In this document: in pieces, positions 1 to 12,825 of the stretch
How positions within the stretch are numbered: position 1 is the stretch's first letter
Layout of the letters: every line of letters starts with the position of its first letter
Assembly: GCF_009914755.1 (NCBI RefSeq)
Contig: NC_060939.1
Length of the DNA: 64,000 bases
Source: the human T2T-CHM13v2.0 reference genome, Homo sapiens
Direction: 5' to 3' (one strand)
Notes under the pieces: generated by a model
What the model was told of the DNA's origin: nothing
The model's input: only the letters and a program-made list of their open reading frames with translations
Databases searched by the model: none
Position numbers and translations under genes: made by a program

Positions 1-242
1 CACACAGCTAAGGCAACAGAACTAATACATGACCAGAACTTTGCCTTACACATTTTTGTATCCCCACAACACCTGAATATAATATCTCACAGAGGGTCAG
101 TACACAGCATTTGCTAATTGATCTAGGTGAGCCCAGGTCTCTCAGCCTTTAGTCTAGTCATCTCTCTGCACTCAGAATTAACTGAATCTCCTTAAGTGAG
201 TGTTCTTTTCAGAAACAAAACTCAGTATCCTGGTCTCTACAG

Positions 243-339
243 GCCCTTCTTCTATTGGTTTGGATTTCTCCTTGCATGGATTTGAGCATCTTTATGGGAT
301 CCCACAACATGCAGAATCACACCAACTTAAAAATACTGG
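243..339 (+). CDS. GANC: GANC coding exon (probable exon 8), [33 protein letters not shown]
   Basis: ctctacAG acceptor 241-242, GTAAGT donor at 340; GH31 N-terminal domain motif LYGIPQHA; phase joins the next exon. Confidence 0.93.
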
Positions 340-475
340 GTAAGTGAAAACAAGAATTCTTATGGGAGTCTCTGGTTTTTGTATTGAGATGATCTGAAAA
401 CATTTGTGAGCTGTCTGAGCCAGTGCTAATATGTGCCAGGCCTTTTCCTCCTTTATATTGCTTGTGGATCTTTAA

Positions 476-805
<330 letters not shown>

Positions 806-1317
806 GGTTTTCCAGTTTTATTTATTTTTTTAATGGAAAAATTAGATAACTGTAAAAACTATAATACTGAGCCTAGAAATATAGAGGAAGTAAAATTATG
901 GAGCTGCTGTGATCAGAATAGAGGGAAGATCTTTATCCTCGGGTTTCACTTTTACCTCTCAAGACCTTTTGTGGAGCCTTGGGAGAATATATTGTGAAAA
1001 ATCACTGACCCAGAAAAAGGCTTTTACCAAAATGGGAGAGTGAGCCAGAGAATGGAAAAATGTGGTATCTCATATCACCTTTAGTTTCCTCAGGGATATC
1101 ATGTCAGGCTAACACTATTGACAAATAGATGCCCGAGGCATCAGACTAAGAGGAAACAAAACCAAAGAGAAACAGAGTCTGATAAGATTGCCAGGTTCAG
1201 GTGCTGTTTACTTTCAGGTAGGCACAGTGACAAGTCCAGCAGAAACTGTGCTGCTCTCACACTGATTTGAGCTCTGTGCTCCCACCCCCAATTCAGTTCC
1301 CCATCTTCCCCTGCTAA

Positions 1318-1640
<323 letters not shown>

Positions 1641-1757
1641 GGACACAATTCTTTTAACCGCAGAGAAGTACTCACAAAATTCATCAGTGGGTACTTGCTG
1701 TGTGCTTGCTATTGTGGAGTATTCATAGGAGAGAGTCCTCCACTCAAAGGATATTTA

Positions 1758-2051
1758 GGCTGGGCACAGTGGCTCACACCTGTAATCCCAGCACTTTGGG
1801 AGGCCGAGGTGGGTAGATCACTTGAGGTCAGGAGTTTGAGACCAGCCTGGCCAACATGGTGAAACCGCATCTCTACCAAAAAATACAAAAATTAACTGGG
1901 TGTAGTGGCACGCACCTGTATTCCCCGCTACTTGGGAGGCTGAGGTGGGAGAACTGCTGACCCTGGAAGGTAGAGTTTGCAGTGAGCCAAGATCGCACCA
2001 CTGCACTCCACCCTGGGTGACAGAGTGAGACCCTATCTGGAAAAAAGAAAA
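1758..2051 (+). mobile_element. Alu
   Basis: Full dimer with A tail. Confidence 0.95.
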
Positions 2052-2303
2052 AGGAGATATTTAGAAAAGATGTCTAAGATGTGATCGTATGTGCTAATGT
2101 CACAGGAAGTGGTGCCAAAGGAGTCAAGGGAAGAGGACCACGTTCACCTAAGTTGGGTCAGGAAATCTTTAGGGAAGTGGCAAGAGTTGAGCCTCCAAAG
2201 ATGCGTGGGACCTAAGTGTTTAGAGAGAAGAGTAGAGCTGTTCTATTTATTAATATTAATAATATATTTGTGATGGTAATTGATGATAATCTTTGTGTTT
2301 CAG

Positions 2304-2484
2304 TGATGGAGATGCTTACCGTCTTTATAACCTGGATGTCTATGGATACCAAATATATGATAAAATGGGCATTTATGGTTCAGTACCTTATCTCCTGGCC
2401 CACAAACTGGGCAGAACTATAGGTATTTTCTGGCTGAATGCCTCGGAAACACTGGTGGAGATCAATACAGAGCCTGCAGTAGAG
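2304..2484 (+). CDS. GANC: GANC coding exon (probable exon 9), DGDAYRLYNLDVYGY...EPAVE
   Basis: tgtttcAG acceptor, GTGAGC donor; YRLYNLDV and IYGSVPYL GH31 motifs. Confidence 0.95.
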
Positions 2485-2713
2485 GTGAGCTATTTATCAT
2501 GGCTACATGTCATACTTAAAGAAGAAACAAAACCACTGCAGTGGAGTTATAGCTCTTATCTTTGTATTGGCACTTCTCTGCCAACAAAAGCTTTACAGTG
2601 TAATCAGTGAATATCAGTAGTATCTACTAAAGGATCAGACTGTTACTTATATGTGGCTGGATGTTGCAGGTTAGAGGGAAATTTCTCAAATTTTTATTCC
2701 ATTCTTTTTCCAG

Positions 2714-2867
2714 TACACACTGACCCAGATGGGCCCAGTTGCTGCTAAACAAAAGGTCAGATCTCGCACTCATGTGCACTGGATGTCAGAGAGTGGCATC
2801 ATTGATGTTTTTCTGCTGACAGGACCTACACCTTCTGATGTCTTCAAACAGTACTCACACCTTACAG
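2714..2867 (+). CDS. GANC: GANC coding exon (probable exon 10), YTLTQMGP...[12 protein letters not shown]...QYSHLTG
   Basis: tttttccAG acceptor, GTATTT donor; [11 protein letters not shown] motif shared with glucosidase II alpha. Confidence 0.95.
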
Positions 2868-3480
2868 GTATTTGCACGAAGAAGTGCCAGTTTCTTGTTC
2901 TGTTATATATCCAATGTCCCATGTGTCATCACGGTAAGTTAATATTTGTTGTATACTATGTAGAGTTTATAACTTACCCAAGCATTTTAATTAGCAAGCA
3001 TTTCTGTTCCCATCCTCATCCCATTCAGTTCAGTAAAACATTGCACTGGGTCTAGAATGCTCTACTGTCTAGTTCCTAATACTTGCCATCTGCTTTCCTT
3101 GAAGCTTTTAGCCCCTGGGCTATCTCTACCTTTATCTCAGATGACCAGTATCCCAACTTCAACTTTTCTATGTTTTCTTCTCCATTAAAATATGCAACTG
3201 GCTTTAGCATTAGAGCATTTTATTTTAAAAGAATGCAAGCTTTTCTCTAAGATCAGAAACAAGACAAGGCATTGCATTTTCACCACTATTATTCAACATT
3301 GTACTGGAATTTCTAGCCAGAGAAATTAGGCAAGAAAAATAAATAAAAGATATCAAAATTGGAAAAGAATAAATAAGATTATAGGAGATGATATGATCCT
3401 ATATATAGAAAATCCCAAAGAATCCACAAAAAAATTACTAGAGGTAGTAAATTCAGCAAAGTTGCAGGGTACAAGATCAA

Positions 3481-3861
3481 TATATTAATCCACTCTCACA
3501 CTGCTATGAAGAAATACCTGAAACTGGGCAGTTTATAAAGAAAATAAGTTTAATTGGCTCATGGTCCTGCAGGCTGTACAGGAAACATGGCTGGGGAGGC
3601 CTCAGGAAACTTAACAATTATGATGGAAGGCAAAGGGGAAGCAGGCACATCTTACCTGGTCGGAGCAGGAGGAATAAAGAGAGGGAGGAGGTGCCACACA
3701 CTTTTAAACAACCAGATCTTGTGAGAAATCACTATCACAAGAACAGCAAGGGAGAAATCCGCTTCCATGATCCAGTCATCTCCCACCAGGCTCCTCTTCC
3801 AACATTGGGGATTACAATTCGACATGAGATTTGGGTGGGAACACAAATCCAAACCATATCA
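3481..3861 (-). mobile_element. MST-type (MaLR) solo LTR
   Basis: Minus strand begins TGATATGGTTTGG; 5-bp TSD ATCAA at 3476-3480 and 3862-3866. Confidence 0.85.
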
Positions 3862-4274
3862 ATCAATAATGAAAAAAAAAAATTAGTTCTGTTTCTATAT
3901 ACCCGCAATGAACAATCCAAAAAAATTTAAGAAAACAGTTCCATTTACAATAATATCCAAAAGAATAAAATACCTAGGAATACACTTAACAAAGGAGGTG
4001 AAAGACTTGTACACTGAAAACTATAAAACATTCCTGATAGAAATTAAAGAATGCCTAAATAAATGGAAAGACATCCCATGTTCATAGGTTGGAAGGCAAT
4101 GTTAAGATGGCAGTAATATAGAAAGTGATTCACAGATTCACTGCAATCCCTATCAAAATTCCAATGGCTTCTTTTGCAGAAATGGAAAAGCTGATCTTCC
4201 ATAGAATTGCACAGGGACCTGAATAGCCAAAACAATCCTTAAAAAGAGAAACAAAGTTGAAAAATTTATACTTC

Positions 4275-4624
4275 TTATATGATTTGGCTGTTTCCCCACC
4301 CAAATCTCATCATGAATTCCCCTGTTGTGGGAGAGACCTGGTGGGAGGTAATTGAATCATGGGGGCAGATCTTTCTCATACTGTTCTCGTGATAGTGAAT
4401 GAGTCTCATGAGATGTGATGGTTATAAAAAGGGGAGTTTCCCTGCACAAGCACTCTCTTTGCCTGCTGCTATTCACAGAAGATGTGACATGCTCCTCCTT
4501 GCCTTCGGCCACAATTGTGAGGCTTCCCCAGACATGTAGAACTGTAAGTTCTACAGTTAAACTTCTTTCTTTTGTAGATTGCCCAGTCTTGGGTATGTCT
4601 TAAGCAGAGTGAAAATCAAATACA
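4275..4624 (+). mobile_element. THE1-type (MaLR) solo LTR
   Basis: THE1 text (ccccacccaaatctcat...gcccagtcttgggtatgtct...taca); TSD ACTTC at 4270-4274 and 4625-4629. Confidence 0.87.
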
Positions 4625-4678
4625 ACTTCTCAATTTCAAACTTACTTCAAAGCTATGGCAATCAAAAGAACATGCCAC

Positions 4679-4977
4679 TGCCCAGGCACGGTGGCCCACG
4701 CCTGTAATCCCGCACTTTGGGAGGCTGAGGTGGGTGGATCACTTGAGGTCAGGAGTTTGAGACCAGCCTGACCAACATGGCGAAAACCTGTCTCTACTAA
4801 AAATACAAAAATTGGCCAGGCATGGTGGTGGGCTATAATCCAGCTACTCGGGAGGCTGAGGCAGAAGAATCGATTGAACCCACAAGGCGAGGTGGAGGTT
4901 GCAGTGAGCCAAGATCATGCCACTGCACTCCAGCCTGGGTGACAAAGCAAGACTCCGTCTCAAAAAAAAAAAAAAAG
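4679..4977 (+). mobile_element. Alu within L1
   Basis: Full dimer; TSD aaaagaacatgc(c/t)actg. Confidence 0.95.
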
Positions 4978-5566
4978 AACATGCTACTGGAATAAGGATA
5001 GACATATAGACCAGTGAAATAGAATTGAGAATCTAGAAGTAAACCCATACGCTTATGGCCACCCAAAACACTGGGATTACAGGCACAGGCCACAGTGCTT
5101 TGTCCATGTCACCATTATAATTTCAATAAAGGTTCATGACCATTCGATGAAGAAGAAATAGTCTCTTGAGCATATGGTGTGAGACAGTTGGATATCTACT
5201 TGCAAAAGAATGAAGTTGGACTCCTATATTCAAAAATATGTTATATGTGTATCATATACAAAAAAATAACTCAAAATGGTTCAACTATATAAGAGCTAAA
5301 ACCATAAGACTCAGAAGAAAACAGGTAAATCTTCATGAACTTGGATTTGGCAGTGGATTCTTAGATATGACAACAAAATCGTGAGGAACAATGACAAGAA
5401 ACACATGTTAGAATTCACTAACATTAAAAACTTTTGTGCATCAAAGAACATAAAGTGAAAAAGCAACCTACAGAATGGGAGAAAATGTTTGCAGATTGTA
5501 TATCTGATATGGGTCTCTTATCCAGAATACATGAAGAACTTTCTACAACTGAGCAACAAAAAGACA

Positions 5567-5976
5567 GGCTGAGCACTGGGCCCATATCCCTCATGCTCGT
5601 CTGCCACTGAGGGCACATGCAGCCTCTAGACCACAACCAAACAGTGACCCAGACTGCTACAGCCACCTTCTGGGCACCATATCACAGAGCAGGGACCCCA
5701 GGCTGTAGGGAAAGAGCTTGCAGGGCTCCTGGATAGAACTGTACTTTAGCAATGATAGGAAGGGGAACAGTGCTCCAACATCAGTTTCTGTTTATAATGG
5801 TGACATGGGCTGGGCACAGTGGCTCACGCGTGTAATCCCAGTGCTTTGGGAAGCCTCCAAAGTGCTTCCTTGAATTCAAGTAATCCTCTGCCTTGCTTCC
5901 CAGAGAAAGGCTGCAGTGAGCACTGTTCATGCTGCTGCTCTCCCGCCTAGACAACAGAGCGAGACCCTATCTCTAA

Positions 5977-6012
<36 letters not shown>

Positions 6013-7322
6013 AATTAATGTAATAGTGACATGGAAAAAATACAGCTGGATGCTTAAAATGAATTTGGACAGAGTAGCTCCAAAAGTTCTGTGACAGCCT
6101 ACCTCTTTTACAGACATTGGAGAAAAATAGCTCTCAGTCTGAGGAAGATACTGAGAAAAGGAAAGAAGTTGAAAGCATCTTGAAGAAAAATTCAGATTGG
6201 ATATGGGATTGGACAAGTTGGCCAGAAAATATTCCCCACAAGGAGTTCCTCTTTAAAGCACCTGAAGCACGTAGCTACCCAGCATGGAATTTAAAGCCTG
6301 ATGAGGAAAGGGGGCATTTTCTCAGCAGAATTTCCAAAGGGTTTTGCTGCTGTCTCATCTGGTGGCCATGGGATTGGGGATCTATATTGGAAGGCATCTG
6401 ACAACTTCTACCAGCACCTTTTGATGAATAATTTGAATCCAGCTTTGTGCGTATAGTGGGGATTTCTATCTGAGCTTGTGACACAGCTAACTCAGGAGCT
6501 GTTATGGTCCTTGGTTGGCTGTTTCACTTGTTTTTATTTGTTCTGTAAATACTGCTTTCCTAATTTAGTAAAATGAAAGAATAGACACTAAAATCACACT
6601 GACCTATACTTATACCTATAGAATCAGTTAATAAGGTTATCAGACTGATTAATATCTACTGTAACAATTTGGCAGTGAGTTTTCTTTGGATATTAGTATA
6701 AATATGTAAGTATCGTTTTAATATATTAGTCATGATATAGTATTTTAAAAATTATCTGTAACCTGAATTCTGTTAAAACACTTTATATTCCAAAAGAATG
6801 AATGACAGTGATATTAAAATCACTACATTAAAGGGTTTGCCCAGAATAAATATTGTGGCCTTACTTACACTACTGTGGAAAATATTATGTTTAATTTAAA
6901 TAAATGCAGGTTGTCTACTAAGACTACACTTAACTATGGTAATTGTTCTTAATAAATAGAGAACAAGTTACAGCTACAAATGCCACCATACACTTCATAC
7001 ACCAAATTGTTCTCACTTTTGCAGCATAAGGACTTTAACCTCCAACTATTAGGTAATCAACTTGGATAATGTGTCTGTCAAAGGCACGTACTCAGTGTCT
7101 TTTCCTCTTTATCACTCTGGATTGCTGAATTTAATCCTATCCTTTGTGCTCAACTTTTTTGTGCTGTTAAAATCAGCTTTATCCTAAGCATATCTGTATC
7201 TACTTTAAAAGATTGGAAATGGAAAAAAATAAATATTTGCCATATCCTTTAAAAAAAGAAAAGAAGCCATACTTTAAAAGACTAGAAATGGAAAATAAAT
7301 AAATCTTTACCAAATTCTTAAA
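5567..7322 (+). pseudogene. BNIP3 processed pseudogene (5' UTR, decayed CDS, 3' UTR), interrupted by an Alu
   Basis: Intronless BNIP3-like segments LQGSWIELYFSN and EKNSSQSEED..KEVESILKKNSDWIWDW..PENIP.KEFLFK; start codon ATG>ATA at 5679; frameshifts and stops; flanking duplication CAACAAAAAGA(C/T)A at 5554-5566 and 7323-7335. Confidence 0.9.
5808..6013 (+). mobile_element. Rearranged short Alu with (CAA)n tail inside the BNIP3 pseudogene CDS
   Basis: Alu 5' end, antisense-Alu-like middle, Alu 3' end; TSD TAAT(G/A)GTGACATG at 5795-5807 and 6021-6033. Confidence 0.85.
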
Positions 7323-7647
7323 CAACAAAAAGATAAACAACCCAATTCTAAAATGAGCAAAGGATTTTAAGAGATAGTTCTCCAAAGAAGATAAATAAGT
7401 GAACAACAAACACATGAAAATATGCTCAGCATTGTTAGTCATTAGGAAAATGCAAATCAAAACCACAGTAAAATATCACTTCACACCCACTAGGATGGCT
7501 AAATCCAAAAAAATGGAAAAGCATAAGTGTTTACGAGGATGCAGAGAAATTGAAACATTGCTGGTGGAAATGTAAAATGGTTCAGCCATTGCAGAAAAGT
7601 TTGGCATTTCCTCAAAAAGTTAAACATAGAATTACCATATGACTCAG

Positions 7648-8119
7648 TATGATGGTTAATTTTATGTGTCAATTTGACTAGGTCGTGGTACCCAGGTATT
7701 CAAACACCAGTCTAGATGTCTCTGTGAAAGTATTTTTTAATGAGATTAACATTTAAGTCAGTAGACTTTGAGGAAAGCAGATTACTCTCCATAATGAGAG
7801 TGGGCCTCATCCAGTAGTTGAAGGCCTGGAGAAAAAGACTAAGGTCCCTGGGGAAAACAGAATGTCTCCAGCCTGCCTTCAGGCTCAAGCTGCAACATCA
7901 ACTCCTCCCTGGTTTTCTAGTATGCCAGTATCTCCTGCAAAACTCAGACTTGCCAGCCCCTACAATCACACGAGCCAGTTACTTTAAATAAATAAGTATT
8001 TGTATCTCTCTCTGTGTATGTATACATATTTATAAATATATAAATATATTCAATATAAATCCTATTAATTCTGTTTCTCTGAAAAACCCTGTGTTCTCTG
8101 AAGAACCCTAACTGATACA
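7648..8119 (+). mobile_element. MLT2-type (ERVL) solo LTR
   Basis: Starts (t)atgatggttaattttatgtgtcaa, ends gaaccctaactgataca; TSD CTCAG/CCCAG. Confidence 0.82.
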
Positions 8120-8217
8120 CCCAGCAATTCTACTCCTAGATATATGCACAAGGGAATTGAAAGCAGGGACTCAACAGATACATGTATGCCAATGATCACT
8201 GTAGCATTATTCACAAT

Positions 8218-9168
8218 TGTAGGGTCCAGCCCTACGGGGCTTAGTGGGTGTTGTCCCCATGTGCGGAGATGAGAGATTGTAAGAAATAAAGACACAAGAC
8301 AAAGAGATAAAGAGAAAACAGCTGGGCCCGGGGGACCACTACCACCAAGACGCGGAGACTGGTAGTGGCCCTGAATGGCTGGGCGCGCTGATATTTATTG
8401 CATACAAGACAAGGGGGGCAGGGTAAGGAAGGTGAGTCGTCCAAGTGATTGATAAGGTCAAGCAAGTCACGTGATCATGGGACGGGGGCCCTTCCCTTTT
8501 AGGCAGCCGAAGCAGAGAGGGAAGGCAGCATTTTCTTCTATGCATTTTCTTCTATGCACTTGTAAGAAAGATCAAGGACTTTAAGACTTCCACTATTTAT
8601 TCTACCGCTATCTACTATGAACTTCAAAGAGAAACATGAAAGTGGACAAGGAACGTGACCATTGAAGCACAGCACTACAGGGACGGGTTTAAGCCTCCAG
8701 ATGACTGCGGGCAGGCCTGGATAATATCCAGCCTCCCACAGGAAGCTGGTGGAGCAGAGTGTTCCCTAACTCCTCCAAGGAAAGGAGACTCCCTTTCACT
8801 ATCTGCTAATTAACAGGGCCTTCCCAGGTACTGGTGTTACCGCTTGACCAAGGAGCCCTCAAGCGGCCCTTATGCGGGCGTGACAGAGGGCTCACCTCTT
8901 GCCTTCTAGGTCACTTCTCACAATGTCCCTTGAGTACCTGACCCTATACCCGCTGGTTATTCTAGATTATATTAGTAATGCAACAAAGAGTAATATTAAA
9001 AGCTAATGATTAATAATGTTTACGCTAATGATTGATAATTGTCCATGATCATCTCTATATCTAATTTGTATTATAACTATTCTTTATTCTAACTATTTTC
9101 TTTATTATACTGCTACAGTTTGTGCCTTCAGTCTCTTGCCTCGGCACCTGGGTAATCCTTCGCCCACA
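8218..9168 (-). mobile_element. LTR13-type (HERV-K HML-4) solo LTR
   Basis: Minus strand starts TGTGGGCGAAGGATTACCCAGGTGCCGAGGCAAGAG, ends ...GGACCCTACA; 6-bp flanks CACAAT/CATGAT. Confidence 0.82.
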
Positions 9169-10630
9169 CATGATAGCCAAAAGGTAGAAACAATCCAAGT
9201 GCACATCAAAGATGAACACATAAACAAAATGTGGTATATACATGTAACAGAATATTATTCAGCTATAAAAAGAAATGAAGTTCTGATACATGCTGCAACA
9301 TGGATGAACCTTGAAAATATGGAAAATGAAATAGGACAGACACGAAAGGACAAGTATTATATAATCCACTTATATGAAGTAGCTATGATATGCAAATTTG
9401 TCAAGACAGAGATGAGAGGGGGCTGAGAGGTGTGAGTGATAGGGAGTTACTGCTTAATGATTACAGAGTTTCTGCTTGGGGTGATGTAAAGGTTTTAGAA
9501 ATAGTGGTAATGCTTGTACTACATGGTGAATGTAATTAATGCCATTGAATTGGACACTTGGAAATGGTTAAAATGGCAAATTTTGCTATATATATTTTAA
9601 CACAATTTTTAAGAATCAATAATGTAATATGCCATAAAAACCCTCATTAAATTGTGCATTTTAGATGGGTAAATTGCATGGTACGTGAATTCAGTAAAGC
9701 TGTTAAAAACAAAAGTATTGCAGCATCATTTCTGCTGCATTCAGTTGTTAAAAGCAAGCTAAGTCTAGCCCATGTTCAGTTCCAATTGTGATGGGAGGAA
9801 TGACAATTTATGGATATGGGCACCCATGCAGGAATAAGTGCTATCAAAGCCCACCTGCAGCTACATTCAACATTGTTATTAGTGAGAATGCTGGTTTATG
9901 ATAAAGCACTTCCAAAATACTGGATCTCCCACCATGTTCAAAGACAGTAAAGATTATTTGTTGACTCCTGCTGAGGGTTTAGCTCAATCATATACCATAC
10001 CCTCCTCCGTCTCCCATCCAATCTAGTTATATCACAATTTTTGGTTAAATCAATATTCAATGTTTACATTTTTCACATGCTCAAGGGTGTCTGATACTTT
10101 ATCCAGTCTACTTCTTTCCCTGGAGACTTTCTTCCCTACCAGAGCTCTTCATCTTCCTCCTCCCATCTGGACCATTGTTCTCTAGGTTCCCTGCACAGCT
10201 TTCATCTCAGAACTTACCTTTGCTGTTTTCTGGTGTTGTATCCCTCCTTTCTTCAGTTCCCTGTTTTTCTCTTTTCTGGTTTATTCCCTTGCTGTGTTTA
10301 TTTGTTTGTAGCATCTTCTGGTAGTTTCCTAAGAACATTTGCATTGGAGGTACTCTTTTTGCTTCCTTGCAGGTATGAAACCATCTTTTTTCCTACCTTT
10401 ACCTTTGACTGATAATTTGCCTGGCAAGACTGAATATTCTTTCTCTCAGAATTTGAAGGCATTTCTTTTACTGTCTTCTACCTTCTTGCTCCAAAACCAT
10501 TCTTAATTCTATTCCTTTGTTCCTCTGTATATAATCTATCTTTTCTCTCTGAAATACCTTCTCTTTATCACTAACATTCCAAATTTCCAGTATTCTGAAA
10601 TTTTGTAATAAAATCCCTTGATGGAGAGCT

Positions 10631-10933
<303 letters not shown>

Positions 10934-11305
10934 CTAGGTCTTTTAAAATAATTATTGTTCTGGATGTTAGATGTGGACCCCTTCAATCCTGAGAATTGTG
11001 TCCTTCAGTTCTGAGAAACTGTTTTGTATTATTCCTTAGATTAATTTTTCCCTTCCTTTTTTTCTTTCTACTCTACGGATTTTATAATCTCCTTTTCCTT
11101 TTTTGCCTAGTTTTTGAGCAATTTTCTCAATTTTATCTTCTAGGCTTTCCATTTATGCTATCATGTTTCTGCTTTCAAGGAGCTCTTTCTTATCCTCTGA
11201 TGGTTCCTTGGTTTTTGTTTTCATTTTATGCAAAGCAATGGCAAAACATTTATTATCCTGAAATGTGTACATCCTATTTTTTTCAAGTAGCAAATTTGCT
11301 GGTAA

Positions 11306-11677
<372 letters not shown>

Positions 11678-11767
11678 TAAGTATTTTTACCCCACTTCTA
11701 AAACTTGATGAGGAATTCAAAATAGCACACCACGTTAAATGACATTTATTGTTTTATAAATTGTATA

Positions 11768-12313
11768 CAGGTTGAGTATTCCATGCTTGGGACTCTAGAG
11801 TGTTTCAGTTTTGGGATTATTTTGAATATTTTCATTAAACTTACTGGTTGAGCATCCCAATCTGAAAATCCAAAGCCCAAAATGCTCCAATGAGCATTTC
11901 CTTTGAGTGTCATGTTGGTGTTCAAAAAGTTTCAGATTTTGGAGGCCAGATGTGGTGGCTCATGACTGTAATCCCAGCACTTTGGGGAGCCAAGATGGGC
12001 GATCACCTAAGGTCAGGAGTTTGAGACCAGCTTGGTCAACATGGTGAAACCCTCTGTCTACTAAAAGTACAAAAATTAGCTGGGCATGGTGGCATGCACC
12101 TGTAGTCCCAGCTACTCGGGAGGCTGAGGCAGGAAAATCGCTTGAACCCAGAGGCGGAGGTTGCAGTGAGCTGAGATCGTGCCACTGCACTCCAGCCTGG
12201 GCGACAGAGCTAAACTCCATCTTAAAAATAAATTAATTAATTAATTTTAAAAAAAGTTTCAGATTTTAAAGTATTTCAGATTTTGGATTTTCAAATTAGG
12301 GATACTCAACCTA
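11768..12313 (+). mobile_element. Tigger4/MER46-type DNA transposon split by an Alu
   Basis: TIR-like ends caggttgagtat and gatactcaacct; Alu 11944-12250 inserted with aaaaagtttcagatttt duplication. Confidence 0.7.
11944..12250 (+). mobile_element. Alu
   Basis: Full dimer. Confidence 0.95.
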
Positions 12314-12501
12314 CACTTGTTTTATGCTATCCTAGTCTTGTTTAAGGGTATAATACCTTATTTCATCTCTCTAGAGATACTAATGATAATGTTTTGATAT
12401 TTACTTTGGTTCCTTGCATTGTTCCTGTTTTCTTGGAGATCCTTTTCTGTTTCCTTATTTGAGTCACTGTCTCTGATTTTGGAGACTTTGCTCAAATGTG
12501 A

Positions 12502-12825
<324 letters not shown>

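Larger units (their letters stand above)
3228..9710 (+). mobile_element. Old 5'-truncated L1 (L1M/L1MB-type ORF2 remnant plus 3' UTR), fragmented by later insertions
   Basis: Colinear L1 ORF2 and 3' UTR text (aaatacctaggaata, gacatcccatgttca, atggatgaaccttgaaa) resuming after each insert. Confidence 0.85.

Noticed and set aside
6117-6401. 94-aa BNIP3-like ORF as a functional gene
   Set aside because: TTG start, parent ATG mutated, Alu in the CDS, frameshift before the transmembrane segment
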